From an uncultured Gaiellaceae bacterium (lineage in GTDB: Bacteria > Actinomycetota > Thermoleophilia > Gaiellales > Gaiellaceae): a DNA stretch of 64,000 nt. The notes under the pieces are model-generated. The model saw nothing but the letters and a program-made list of their open reading frames with translations, did no database searches and was not told where the DNA came from. Every line of letters starts with the position of its first letter. Positions within the stretch are counted from its first letter, which is position 1. The stretch spans positions 15,303-79,302 of the forward strand of contig CAVYSL010000011.1 in assembly GCA_963771185.1 (NCBI GenBank). Reading direction: 5' to 3'. The translations under genes and the position numbers were made by a program. Shown one piece after another: positions 17,641 to 26,899 of this stretch.

Positions 17641-17910
17641 CTACCGCCTCAAGCCGAGCTCCTTGATGAGGGCGCGATAGCCCTCGAGGTCGTGCTTCTG
17701 CATGTAGTTCAGGAACCGCCGCCGGCGACCGACGAGCTTGAGCAGCCCGCGCCGCGAGTAGTGGTCCTTCGCATGCGTGCGCAGGTGCTCGGTGAGGTCG
17801 TTGATCCGCTGCGTCAGCATCGCGATCTGAACCTCGGGGGAGCCGGTATCCGTCTCGTTCCGGCCGTGCTTCCCGATCAGCTCCTGCTTGACTTCCTTGG
17901 TGAGGGCCAT
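17641..17910 (-). CDS. rpsO: 30S ribosomal protein S15
   Basis: [70 protein letters not shown]... (89 aa) inside ORF 17641-18138. Confidence 0.95.
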   Translation of the reverse strand: MALTKEVKQELIGKHGRNETDTGSPEVQIAMLTQRINDLTEHLRTHAKDHYSRRGLLKLVGRRRRFLNYMQKHDLEGYRALIKELGLRR

Positions 17911-18004
17911 CCGGCCTCCTTCTGTCGATGTCTCCGGAGTCCCCGCGCGGCGTGAAGGAAGACACGGCCGGCCGAGATCTCGGTCGCGACTAGGGTAGCA
18001 ACCT

Positions 18005-19363
18005 ATGGTTCCAAGCGGCGTCGCAGCCGGCCACGCGGCGACCGTGGCGGCTGGAATCGAGGTTCTCGAGGAGGGCGGAACGGCTGCTGACGCCGCCGTC
18101 GCGGCCTGCCTCGCCTCCTGTGTGGCCGAGACCGTCATGACCGGGCTGCTCGGTGGCGGTCACGCGATCTACTTCGACGGCGCCGAGGCGTGGAACCTCG
18201 ATTGCTTCGTCGACGTGCCCTCGGGCGAGGGCGCGGCACCGGTCGAGCTGCAGGTGCCGTTCGGCGAGGAGCTCGTTCACTACGCAGTCGGCCCTGGGAC
18301 GTGCGCCGTCCCTGGGCTCCCCCGCGGGCTCGGCGCGCTCCACGAGCGCTTCGGCCGTCTGCCGTGGGCGCGGCTCGTGGCGCCGGCGCTGCGGTTCGCG
18401 CGCGAGGGCGTCGTCATGCCTTCGGCCCACGCTGCCTGCCTGGCGATGCTCGCGCCCGTCTTCACGATGCAGCCCGACGGCGAGCGCATCTACGCGCCGG
18501 GCGGCCGCCTGCTGGAGACGGGCGAGAAGCTCGACCAGCCCGGCCTCGCAGCGGCACTCGAACTGCTCGCCGAGGAAGGCGCAGCAAGCGTGTACGAAGG
18601 ATCTGTCGCCGAGTTGCTGACGGCCGTCGAGGGCGTCCCTGTGACGGCCGGCGATCTCGCCCGCTACGAGGCACGCTGGGAAGCACCGGCGGGCGTCGCG
18701 TGGCTGGGGCGGCGCGTGCTCACGCGAGCGGGGCTCTCCGGCGTGCCCGAAACGTTCGGGCGGCTGCCCCGCCTCCGCGATCTCGACGAGACCTCGCGGG
18801 TGCACGCATTGCTCGCGGGCCTGGCGGGTGCCGCGGTGGACGGGCACACGACCAACCTCGTCACCGCCGACGGCGAGGGCCGCGTGTGCGTCCTGACCTC
18901 GAGCCTCGGCCTCGGCACGGGCGACTTCCTTCCCGGGCTCGATGTGCAGCTGAACAGCATGCTCGGCGAGGTCGACCTCGTCCTGGCGCCGCTCGAGCCG
19001 GGAGCGCGGATGGGGAGCATGATGGCCCCGACGCTGGCGTTCGGCGACGGGCTCGAGCTGGCGATCGGCTCGGCCGGCGGCACCCGGCTTCGGACGGCGC
19101 TCGTCGGCGTCGCGGCGGGGATTCTCGACGAGGAGCTCGATCCGGTCGCGGCGGTCGAGCGGCCGCGCTTCCACCGCGCCGGCGACGTCGTCAACGCCGA
19201 GCCCGGTGTCGACGAGCCGGCGCTCGCAGAGCTGGCCGCGTCAGGGCTGCAGGTGCGGCGCTGGCCCGGCGTGCACCACTACTTCGGCGGCGTCAGCCTG
19301 ATCGGGACGTCAGGCGCGGCAGCGGACCCCCGCCGGAGCGGCCACGCGGCGACACTACCGTGA
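18005..19363 (+). CDS. gamma-glutamyltransferase-family (Ntn hydrolase) protein, no obvious signal peptide
   Basis: 452-aa ORF with [11 protein letters not shown] near the N-terminus and the autoprocessing-type motif [13 protein letters not shown] (Thr nucleophile). Confidence 0.8.
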   Translation: MVPSGVAAGHAATVAAGIEVLEEGGTAADAAVAACLASCVAETVMTGLLGGGHAIYFDGAEAWNLDCFVDVPSGEGAAPVELQVPFGEELVHYAVGPGTCAVPGLPRGLGALHERFGRLPWARLVAPALRFAREGVVMPSAHAACLAMLAPVFTMQPDGERIYAPGGRLLETGEKLDQPGLAAALELLAEEGAASVYEGSVAELLTAVEGVPVTAGDLARYEARWEAPAGVAWLGRRVLTRAGLSGVPETFGRLPRLRDLDETSRVHALLAGLAGAAVDGHTTNLVTADGEGRVCVLTSSLGLGTGDFLPGLDVQLNSMLGEVDLVLAPLEPGARMGSMMAPTLAFGDGLELAIGSAGGTRLRTALVGVAAGILDEELDPVAAVERPRFHRAGDVVNAEPGVDEPALAELAASGLQVRRWPGVHHYFGGVSLIGTSGAAADPRRSGHAATLP

Positions 19364-19517
19364 GCCGCGCAGTGCTCGGCACCCAGCCGACGTAGCCGCA
19401 GTCGGGGCAGCCGGGATTCGTCGTCAGCGTGCCGCGCCCGCTCGGCTTCGCGTAATCCCTGCCGCAATCGAGGCAACGCACCGCCTCGACGGGCCGCAAC
19501 CTACCCGCAGACTCCAT
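19293..19517 (-). CDS. small zinc-ribbon protein (74 aa), hypothetical
   Basis: MESAGRLRPVEAVRCLDCGRDYAKPSGRGTLTTNPGCPDCGYVGW... has two CxxC pairs. Its 3' end overlaps the ggt-family 3' end convergently by about 70 nt. Confidence 0.4.
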   Translation of the reverse strand: MESAGRLRPVEAVRCLDCGRDYAKPSGRGTLTTNPGCPDCGYVGWVPSTARLTVVSPRGRSGGGPLPRLTSRSG

Positions 19518-19552
19518 GTACTCAAAGACACAACAACCGCCGAAAACTTGCG

Positions 19553-20344
19553 CTATGTCAGGAGCAGCTTCTCGACCCGTCGCCCAGCGATCCACATCCC
19601 GACGAGACCGAGGACGGCGAGATACGCGACGTTGACGAGCTGTCCAGGGCCGACGGTGCCCGTCGTGAGCGAGCGGAGCAGATCGACCCCGTGATAGAGC
19701 GGCGTCGCCTGGATCACCCATTCCAGCCAGTCCGGGTACGTCGAGAGCGGGAAGAACGTCGCCGAGAACAGGAACATCGGCAGGATCGCGAGGTTGAGGA
19801 TGTCGAAGTCCTGCCAGCTGCGCATGAACGTGACGGCGGCGATCCCCGCGCCCGCGAACGCGAAGCCGATGAACACCGTCGCCGGCAGCGCCAGCAGCGC
19901 CCACCACGACTCGACGAGGCCGAGCGCCGTGATCACGGTGAAGAAGCCGACCGCGTAGATGAGGCCGCGGAAGAGCGCGAACGCGGTCTCCCCGGCCGCG
20001 ATGTCCTTCGGCCCGAGCGGAGTCGCGAGCACCGCGTCGTAGACCTTCTGATAGCGCAGCTTCCAGAAGATGTTCGTCGCGTCGTAGAAGGCGCCGTTGA
20101 AGGCGGACGCGGCAAGCAGCGCAGGAGCGACGAACGCCGCGTACTCGATCGGCTGCCCGTCGATGACGACGTCGCCGACGTAGCCGCCGAGGCCGTACCC
20201 CAGCGAGAGCAGGTAGAAGAGCGGCTCGAAGAAGCCCGAGACGATGATCGGCCAGGTTCGCCGGTGGCTCATCACGTTCCGCTCGAAGAGGTGGATGCCG
20301 CGACCACCGGGGAGCTCGAACACGCGCAGCACGAGCGAGCTCAT
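19553..20344 (-). CDS. ABC-2 type transporter permease
   Basis: The tail of ORF 19553-21160 from MSSLVLRVFELPGG... is multi-helix hydrophobic and paralogous to 20341-21117. Its ATG overlaps the upstream stop (ATGA). Confidence 0.85.
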   Translation of the reverse strand: MSSLVLRVFELPGGRGIHLFERNVMSHRRTWPIIVSGFFEPLFYLLSLGYGLGGYVGDVVIDGQPIEYAAFVAPALLAASAFNGAFYDATNIFWKLRYQKVYDAVLATPLGPKDIAAGETAFALFRGLIYAVGFFTVITALGLVESWWALLALPATVFIGFAFAGAGIAAVTFMRSWQDFDILNLAILPMFLFSATFFPLSTYPDWLEWVIQATPLYHGVDLLRSLTTGTVGPGQLVNVAYLAVLGLVGMWIAGRRVEKLLLT

Positions 20345-21117
20345 CCGAGCAGCCTCCGGCGATACGAGCGACGCGCGAGCTCGAAGCCGACGAGCGTCCA
20401 TGCCAGCAGATAGGCGGTGTGACCGAGGGCGGGCACGAGCTCGACCGTCCCGAGCGTGAGCATCCGGCACAGCTCGACGCCGTGCCAGATCGGCGTCACG
20501 TACGCGACGAGCTCGAACCCGAGCGGCAGCTGCGAGATCGGGAAGAACGTTCCGGAGAAGAGGAACATCGGCACGATCAAGAAGCGGAAGATCGTCACGA
20601 AGGTGCGGTCGTCCTCGACCCGGGCCGCGAGCGCCGCCATGGGCATCGAGAAGGCGGTGCCGATCAGCACCGCGACCGGCACGACCAGGATGCCGAACCA
20701 GGAGGCAACGGCGCCGAACGCGGCGATCACCGCGAGGTAGGCGGCGGCAGACGTGAACACGCGCGTGATCACGAACAGCTGATGGCCGACGAAGGCGTCG
20801 CGCTCCGTCAGCGGCGTCGCGATCATCGCGTGGTAGACGCGCGACCACTTGATCGCGGCCATCACAGGCCAGGTCGACTCGATCGTGGCGGTCTGCATGG
20901 CGGCGGCGGCCAGGAGCCCCGGTGCGACGTAGTCGAGGTACGGAACGCCGGCGGGAGCGTTCTGCGTCTGGTCGACGATCGTGCCGAGTCCGACGCCGAG
21001 CGCGGTCACGTACAGGATCGGGTTGACGAGGCTCGTCCCGATCGTGCCGCGCCAGACGCGCCGGTACTGAGCGAGCCAGTGCTCGTACGCGCGGAGCGGC
21101 TGGAGCACGACGTCCAT
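20341..21117 (-). CDS. ABC-2 type transporter permease
   Basis: 258-aa hydrophobic ORF with six predicted helices by eye. It follows a DrrA-like ATPase. Confidence 0.85.
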   Translation of the reverse strand: MDVVLQPLRAYEHWLAQYRRVWRGTIGTSLVNPILYVTALGVGLGTIVDQTQNAPAGVPYLDYVAPGLLAAAAMQTATIESTWPVMAAIKWSRVYHAMIATPLTERDAFVGHQLFVITRVFTSAAAYLAVIAAFGAVASWFGILVVPVAVLIGTAFSMPMAALAARVEDDRTFVTIFRFLIVPMFLFSGTFFPISQLPLGFELVAYVTPIWHGVELCRMLTLGTVELVPALGHTAYLLAWTLVGFELARRSYRRRLLG

Positions 21118-21168
21118 TAGATGATTGATGCCACGGAAACGTCCGTTGTCGAGGCATCAATCATCTAA
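21117..21168. repeat. 52-bp AT-rich perfect palindrome (16-bp arms, nested inner hairpin) between the ABC ATPase and permease genes; contains a 15-codon micro-ORF
   Basis: TTAGATGATTGATGCC (21117-21132) is the exact reverse complement of GGCATCAATCATCTAA (21153-21168). The loop contains acgga/tccgt. The arms carry the ATPase stop (TAG) and touch the permease ATG. Confidence 0.9.
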
Positions 21169-22091
21169 TCGACGAGCGTGCGGCCGGTCAGGTGGAGGAA
21201 GACGTCCTCGAGCGTGCTGCGGCGAACGAGCGTCGAGTGCGGAGGCAGCCCGCGCTCCCCGATCGCGATCGCGGTCGCATCGCCGTCGCTCGTGTAGAGA
21301 AGGACGCGGTCCGGCAGCTCCTCGACGCGCTCGGCCGCTCCCTCGAAGACGCCGTTCGCCGGGCGCTCGCGCTCGAAACGGACCTCGACCACCTCACGCG
21401 TCGAGTAGCGCTGGATCAGCTCCCACGGCGAGCCCTCCGCGACGATCGCGCCGTGGTCCATCACGACGAGCCGATCGCAGAGCTGCTCGGCCTCGTCCAT
21501 GTAGTGCGTCGTGACGACGAAGGTCTTGCCGCGCTGCTTCAGCCGAAAGAGGCGGTCCCAGACGACGTGCCGCGCCTGCGGGTCGAGCCCCGTCGTGGGC
21601 TCGTCGAGCAGCAGCAGGTCGGGGTCGTTGATGAGCGAGCGCGCGATCGTCAGGCGGCGTTTCATCCCGCCGGACAGCGGCTCGACCTTGTCCCCAGCTC
21701 GCTCCGTCAGCTGGACGAAGTCGAGCAGCTCGTCGATCCGCGGCTTCAGCTCGCGCCGCGAGAGCCCGAAGTAGCGGCCGTAGATGAGCACGTTCTCCCG
21801 CACGGTCAGCTCGAAGTCGAGCGTGTCCTGCTGCGGGACGACGCCGAGCCGGGCGCGGATCTGCGGCCCGTTCGCCGCCGGATCCTGGCCGAGAATCCGT
21901 AGCGTCCCCTCGCTCACGGGCGAGACGCAGCCGATCATCCGCATCGTCGAGCTCTTCCCCGCTCCGTTCGGGCCGAGGAAGCCGAACGCCTCGCCTTGCT
22001 TGACGTCGAGGTCGATTCCGTCGACCGCGACGAGGTCGCCGAAGCGCTTGACGAGCCCGCGCGCGTGGATCATGACGCCGTTCTCGCTCAC
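21165..22091 (-). CDS. ABC transporter ATP-binding protein (DrrA/ABC-2 exporter type)
   Basis: 308-aa ORF with Walker A GPNGAGKSST, signature LSGGMKRRL and Walker B LLLLDEPT. Confidence 0.9.
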   Translation of the reverse strand: MSENGVMIHARGLVKRFGDLVAVDGIDLDVKQGEAFGFLGPNGAGKSSTMRMIGCVSPVSEGTLRILGQDPAANGPQIRARLGVVPQQDTLDFELTVRENVLIYGRYFGLSRRELKPRIDELLDFVQLTERAGDKVEPLSGGMKRRLTIARSLINDPDLLLLDEPTTGLDPQARHVVWDRLFRLKQRGKTFVVTTHYMDEAEQLCDRLVVMDHGAIVAEGSPWELIQRYSTREVVEVRFERERPANGVFEGAAERVEELPDRVLLYTSDGDATAIAIGERGLPPHSTLVRRSTLEDVFLHLTGRTLVD

Positions 22092-22104
22092 GGCTCCAAC
22101 CTAC

Positions 22105-22944
22105 CTATGCAGGTCGGACCGCTTTTCGCGTCGCTTCGACATCGCGGGCGATCTGGTCGATCAGGCCCTGCTCGCTCTCGAAGACCTGCTCGTCGCGGAG
22201 CCGCTCCCAGAGCTCGACGACGAGCCGGCGGCCGTAGAGGTCGCCCTCGAAGTCGAGCAGATAGGGCTCGATTCGGCGCTCGTCGCCGCCGTAGTGCGGG
22301 TTCGTGCCGATCGAGATCGCAGCGCGGTGGCCGAGCGCCGCGCCGGCGTAGATCCCGTAGGCCGGCACGAGCAGGGCCGGCTCGACGGCCAGGTTCGCCG
22401 TCGGGTAGCCGAGCGTGCCGCCGCGCTGGTCGCCGCCGACGACGATTCCGTCCAGCTCCGGCGGCCGGCCGAGCAGTCGCGCCGCCGCCCGCACGTCGCC
22501 CTCGTGCAGCGAGCGGCGGATCTCGGTCGAGGAGACACCCTCGAGCAGCGGCACCGGCAGCACCTCGTACCCGAGCCGCACCAGCAGCTCGAGGTCGCCA
22601 CGGCGCTTACGCCCGAACCGGAAGTCGGCGCCGGCGACGACCACCGCCGCGTCGACCAGCTGCTCGGCCGCGAACTCCTCCGGCTCCAGCTTGGCGACCT
22701 CGAGCGTGAACTCGACCACCGTCGTCTCGGCGACGCCGAGCTCGCCCAGCAGCTCCAACCGGCGCTCGAGCGTCGCCAGCGCCTCGACGAAGTTGCCCAG
22801 GACGACGCGCGGATGCGGCTGGAAGGTCAGCACTCGGACGGGCAACCCCGTACCGAGCGCGGTCTCGATCACGCGGCGATGCCCGAGGTGAACCCCGTCG
22901 AAGGTCCCGATCGCGACCGCGAACTGCTTCTCGGCCGTGCTCAC
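22105..22944 (-). CDS. ribF: bifunctional riboflavin kinase/FAD synthetase
   Basis: 279-aa ORF with GTFDGVHLGHRRV near the N-terminus and a C-terminal riboflavin kinase region (GYPTANL...PYLLDFEGDLYG). Confidence 0.9.
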   Translation of the reverse strand: MSTAEKQFAVAIGTFDGVHLGHRRVIETALGTGLPVRVLTFQPHPRVVLGNFVEALATLERRLELLGELGVAETTVVEFTLEVAKLEPEEFAAEQLVDAAVVVAGADFRFGRKRRGDLELLVRLGYEVLPVPLLEGVSSTEIRRSLHEGDVRAAARLLGRPPELDGIVVGGDQRGGTLGYPTANLAVEPALLVPAYGIYAGAALGHRAAISIGTNPHYGGDERRIEPYLLDFEGDLYGRRLVVELWERLRDEQVFESEQGLIDQIARDVEATRKAVRPA

Positions 22945-23597
22945 GGCAGCAGGGCGAGCGCCTGCTCGGCCGGGATCACGCGCTCCTCGTCGGCGTCCTC
23001 GACGCTGAACGGCCCCACCTCGAGCCGGCGCAGCGCCACGCAGTGACCGCCGAGCGCCTCGGCGATCGCCCGGACGTACGTCCCCGAGCTGACGCGCAGG
23101 TCGAGCGTGACGATGCCGTCCGTATACGCGATGACGTCGAGCGCGTCGACGCGCGAGCGCCGCAGCGGCATCTCCACCTCGACGCCGCGGCGGTGCAGCT
23201 TGTAGGCGCGCTCACCGCCGATCTTGACCGCGGACGCGGCCGGGATCGGCAGCTCGATCTCGCCGCGGAGGCCCTCGAGCGCGCGCTCGAGCTCGTCCGG
23301 TGAGGGCGCGTCCTGGCGCCCGACCACGGCGCCCTCCGGATCGCCCGTGGCTGTACGGGCCGTCAGGTCGACGTCCGTGAGATAGCGCTTGTCGAGACCG
23401 ACGAACGATCCCGCCAATTTTGTCGAGCGCCCGGAGAGCAGAAGCAACAATCCCGTCGCAAAAGGGTCAAGAGTTCCCGCATGACCCATCTTCGTCCCCA
23501 GGCGCGATCGGACGCGCGCCATCACCGCGAACGACGACGGCCCCGCCGGCTTGTCGAGGAGGATGATCCCGCTCGGCTCGAGCCCCTTCGGCGGCAT
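22941..23597 (-). CDS. truB: tRNA pseudouridine(55) synthase, short form without an obvious PUA domain
   Basis: 218-aa ORF with GIILLDKPAGPSS and the catalytic GHAGTLDPFATG motif. Confidence 0.85.
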   Translation of the reverse strand: MPPKGLEPSGIILLDKPAGPSSFAVMARVRSRLGTKMGHAGTLDPFATGLLLLLSGRSTKLAGSFVGLDKRYLTDVDLTARTATGDPEGAVVGRQDAPSPDELERALEGLRGEIELPIPAASAVKIGGERAYKLHRRGVEVEMPLRRSRVDALDVIAYTDGIVTLDLRVSSGTYVRAIAEALGGHCVALRRLEVGPFSVEDADEERVIPAEQALALLP

Positions 23598-24613
23598 CAG
23601 CGCGCAGGAGCCGCGGCTGCGGCGAACTCGCGCCGGAGAAATGCCGTGATCTCGTCGATCGACTCGTCGCTCGAGAAGCCGGCGGCCTGGCGATGGCCGC
23701 CGCCGCCCGACTTGCGCGCGATCGCAGAGACGTCGAGCTCGTCATGCGACGCGCGGAGTGAGATCCGCCGGGCGGGCGAGCCGCCGCGGGGCGGCTCGCG
23801 GATCAACGCGGCCATGTCGGCGCCCTCGACGGCGCGCAGGAAGTCGATGATCCCCTCCGAGTACGGCTCGACCGCCCCCACCTCGGCGAAGTCGTCGCGC
23901 AGCAGGTAGGAGATGACGAGGCCGCCTCCCTCGTACACCTGCGCCCGCTCGAGCGCCCGCGCGAGCAGCTTCAGCTTCGCGAACTGGACGCTCTCGTACA
24001 CGCCCTGGAAGACCTTGTGCACGTCGGCGCCGGCCTCGACCAGCTCCGCTGCGAGCCGGAGCGACTTCGGCGTGGTGTTCGCGTACTGGAAGCGGCCGGT
24101 GTCGGTCACGAGCGCGACGTAGAGCGGCTCGGCCAGCTCGGGTGTCAGCTCGAGCCCGAGCCCGGCGATCACGCCCCGCAGCACCTCGCCCGTGGAGGAT
24201 GCGGCAGCGTCGACGAGGTTGACGTCGCCGAAGCGCGAGTTGTCGTGATGATGGTCGATGTTGATCGTGAACGGCGCCGAATGGAGCGCCGCAGCGTCGG
24301 CACCCAGCCTGCTCTCGTTCGCCGCGTCGACGGCGACGAGCGTCCGCTCGGCCGCATCGTCGGGAAGCTCGCGCCGCAGCTGCTCGAGCGGCAGGAAGCG
24401 GTACTCGCCGGGGAGCGGCGCCGGGCCGGGCAGGAACATCAGGCTGTCCTTGCCGAGGGCGGTCAGCGCGAGCTGGGTCGCGAGCAGAGAGCCGAGCGCG
24501 TCGCCGTCGGGGTTCTCGTGCGTCGTGACGAGGAACCGGTCGGCGCCGCGGATCGCCTCGACGACCGCCCCAAGGTCAGCCTGCGTTGTCGTCTGGTCCG
24601 GGGGCGAGCTCAT
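23597..24613 (-). CDS. nrnA: DHH/DHHA1 phosphoesterase (NrnA-like oligoribonuclease/pAp phosphatase)
   Basis: 338-aa ORF with HENPDGDALGS, DHHHDN and the C-terminal GGGGH motif. Confidence 0.85.
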   Translation of the reverse strand: MSSPPDQTTTQADLGAVVEAIRGADRFLVTTHENPDGDALGSLLATQLALTALGKDSLMFLPGPAPLPGEYRFLPLEQLRRELPDDAAERTLVAVDAANESRLGADAAALHSAPFTINIDHHHDNSRFGDVNLVDAAASSTGEVLRGVIAGLGLELTPELAEPLYVALVTDTGRFQYANTTPKSLRLAAELVEAGADVHKVFQGVYESVQFAKLKLLARALERAQVYEGGGLVISYLLRDDFAEVGAVEPYSEGIIDFLRAVEGADMAALIREPPRGGSPARRISLRASHDELDVSAIARKSGGGGHRQAAGFSSDESIDEITAFLRREFAAAAAPAR

Positions 24614-24932
24614 CGATGAGTTGTGACATCCGCACGCCGTGCTCGACCGCGTGATCGTATTCGAACGTGAGGGTCGGAGTCCGCTTCAGCCGCAGCTCGC
24701 GCGAGATCCGCGACTGCAGCACGCCATGGGCCGCGTCGAGGCCGGTCATGCACTTGTTCCGCTTCTTCTCGCTGCCGAACACGCTGACGAAGACGACCGC
24801 CTGCCGGAGATCCGGCGAGGTGTCGACACCGGTCACGGTCACGAACCCGATCCGGGGATCCTTCAGCTCCAGCAGCGCCTCCGACAGGACCTGCCGGAGC
24901 GACTCGTTGACTCTGCGCATCCGGTTGGCCAT
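24576..24932 (-). CDS. rbfA: ribosome-binding factor A
   Basis: MANRMRRVNESLRQVLSEALLELKDPRIGFVTVTGVDTSPDLRQAVVFV... inside ORF 24576-25007. Confidence 0.9.
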   Translation of the reverse strand: MANRMRRVNESLRQVLSEALLELKDPRIGFVTVTGVDTSPDLRQAVVFVSVFGSEKKRNKCMTGLDAAHGVLQSRISRELRLKRTPTLTFEYDHAVEHGVRMSQLIDELAPGPDDNAG

Positions 24933-24955
24933 GCGCCTACGGTAGCGAGGCGCGT

Positions 24956-25258
24956 CTAGGCGTCGTCGAGCGTCACGAGCTCGCGCTCGACCGGCCCGAG
25001 CTCCCACTCACGCGAGGCGAGGTACCGCTCCGCGTCTGCGAGCAGCCGCTCGGCCTCACCCGCGTTGCGGGTGACGACGGCCACCGTCAGCCTCGTGCGC
25101 TGCCAGACCTCGTGGTGGTCGACCTCTGCGACTGCGGCCCCGAAGCGGTTGCGCAGCTGCTCCTTCGCGGAGCGGACGGACATCCGCTTTTCCTTCAGCG
25201 AGTGCGACTCCGGAAAGTGGAGCTCCACCGAGAGGATCCCGACCCAGCCGCTCGCCAT
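24956..25258 (-). CDS. DUF503 (YlxP-like) protein
   Basis: MASGWVGILSVELHFPESHSLKEKRMSVRS... is typical DUF503. The position between infB and rbfA matches many Gram-positives. Confidence 0.7.
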   Translation of the reverse strand: MASGWVGILSVELHFPESHSLKEKRMSVRSAKEQLRNRFGAAVAEVDHHEVWQRTRLTVAVVTRNAGEAERLLADAERYLASREWELGPVERELVTLDDA

Positions 25259-25309
25259 GCCGTATTCAACCCTCAAACCCTGAGCGCGAGTTGCCGATCA
25301 CTGGCCGTG

Positions 25310-26899
25310 ATGATGCATCTGTTGCGTTTTTCGGCCGTCCTGGTCGCGTTCGTCGCGAGCGTCGCCGGGATCACCTGGACGACTGCCTCCGCCGAGCGGA
25401 GCATCGGCACGCGCGAGTTCGAGGAGCGCGAGGCGGCCGGCTCGATGCTCGACGCCGTCCTCGCCCGCGAGAGCGCGCTGCGCGGCTGGGCCGAGTCGAA
25501 GAACGAAGCTTTTCTCCAGAATTACGACGAAGCCTCTGCCTCGCTCGCAGCCGCAGCCGACCGCGCGCGCACGTACGCAAAGCGCGGTGACGGCAAGTCG
25601 GAGGCGATCGCGGAGCAGGAGCGGATCGCGGAGCGCTGGGCCGGAATCGCGAACGACGTCGTGATCCGGATCAGGAACGGACGACCCGTTTCGGCGGTCT
25701 CGACCGCCGCCCGGACCGACCTGGTCGGGCGCTTCGAGCGGGCGAATGACAGCCTCGTGGAGCAGATCGAGGCCGAGAGCGCCGACCGCCACAGCTTCGC
25801 CGTCAAGCGCGCCGTCGTGCTGATCGTCCTGCTGAGCATTGCCTTCGCCGCCGTCGGCGGGCTGCTCCTCGGCCGGATGCGCCGTCGCGAGCACGACCGC
25901 CGCGTCGCCGACGCCGAGTATCACGCCTCCCAGCGCGAGTTCGCGGAGACGCTGCAGGTGATGGAGAACGAGAGCGAGGCGCACGCACTCGTCAAGCGGC
26001 ATCTCGAGCGCTCCCTCGGCGGCTCGGAGATCGTCGTGCTGAACCGGAACAACAGCCAGAATCGGCTCGAAGCGGCGACGCCGGTCGCGCCCGCCAGCCC
26101 GATCGCGGAGAAGCTCGTCGATTCGTCGCCCAGCTCGTGCCTTGCCGTACGCCTGGGCCGGACGCACGCGCAGTCGGTCGACAGCGAGCCCCTGCTCACG
26201 TGCGACCTCTGCAACCAGCATCCGCGCACGACCTGCGTGCCCTCGCTCGTCGGCGGCGAGGTGATCGGCTCCGTGCTCGTCGCCCACGAGCGGCTTCTGA
26301 GCGCGTCGGAACGAGGCAGGATCGACCAGTCCGTGAGCCAGGCGGCCCCCGTGCTCGCCAACCTCCGCAACCTCGCGGTCGCCGAGGTCCGTGCCGCCAC
26401 CGACGCGTTGACCGGCCTCCCGAACGCCCGCAGCCTGCGCGAGAACCTCGTTCGCATGGTCGCGCAGGCCTCGCGCTCGAACCTGCCGCTCTCGGCCGTG
26501 CTCTGCGACCTCGACCACTTCAAGCAGATCAACGACGTCTTCGGGCACGAGAAGGGCGATCAGGCGCTGGCCGCCGCGAGCGCCGCGCTCAGCTCGGCAC
26601 TCCGCGAGAGCGATCTCGCCGGCCGCTACGGCGGCGAGGAGTTCCTGATCCTGCTCCCGGACACCCCGCTCGAGGGCGCCGTCGTGCTCGCCGAGAAGCT
26701 CCGCGACGAGGTGGCGCTCGTGAGCGTGCCGGGCGTCGACCGCGCAATCACGGCGAGCTTCGGCGTCGCCTCGTTCCCCGCGGACACGCCCGACGGGGAC
26801 ATGCTCGTACGGATGGCTGACCGCGCTCTCTACGCAGCCAAGGCGCTCGGACGCAACTGCGTCGTCACCTCGGCCGAGCTGCTGGCCAAACCCTCCTAG
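25310..26899 (+). CDS. diguanylate cyclase with CHASE3-like sensor, TM helix, GAF-like region and GGDEF domain (GGEEF active site, RxxD I-site)
   Basis: MMHLLRFSAVLVAFVASVAG..., CHASE3-like ESALRGWAESKNEAFLQNYDEA, TM VVLIVLLSIAFAAVGGLLLG, then ...DALTGLPNARS...RESDLAGRYGGEEF. Confidence 0.85.
   Translation: MMHLLRFSAVLVAFVASVAGITWTTASAERSIGTREFEEREAAGSMLDAVLARESALRGWAESKNEAFLQNYDEASASLAAAADRARTYAKRGDGKSEAIAEQERIAERWAGIANDVVIRIRNGRPVSAVSTAARTDLVGRFERANDSLVEQIEAESADRHSFAVKRAVVLIVLLSIAFAAVGGLLLGRMRRREHDRRVADAEYHASQREFAETLQVMENESEAHALVKRHLERSLGGSEIVVLNRNNSQNRLEAATPVAPASPIAEKLVDSSPSSCLAVRLGRTHAQSVDSEPLLTCDLCNQHPRTTCVPSLVGGEVIGSVLVAHERLLSASERGRIDQSVSQAAPVLANLRNLAVAEVRAATDALTGLPNARSLRENLVRMVAQASRSNLPLSAVLCDLDHFKQINDVFGHEKGDQALAAASAALSSALRESDLAGRYGGEEFLILLPDTPLEGAVVLAEKLRDEVALVSVPGVDRAITASFGVASFPADTPDGDMLVRMADRALYAAKALGRNCVVTSAELLAKPS

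Noticed and set aside
21117-21164. Annotating the 15-codon micro-ORF as a confident CDS
   Set aside because: Its coding appearance on both strands follows automatically from the palindrome (ATGATTGATGCC / GGCATCAATCATCTAA). Without conservation or ribosome data it cannot be called a gene. It is kept as a finding only.
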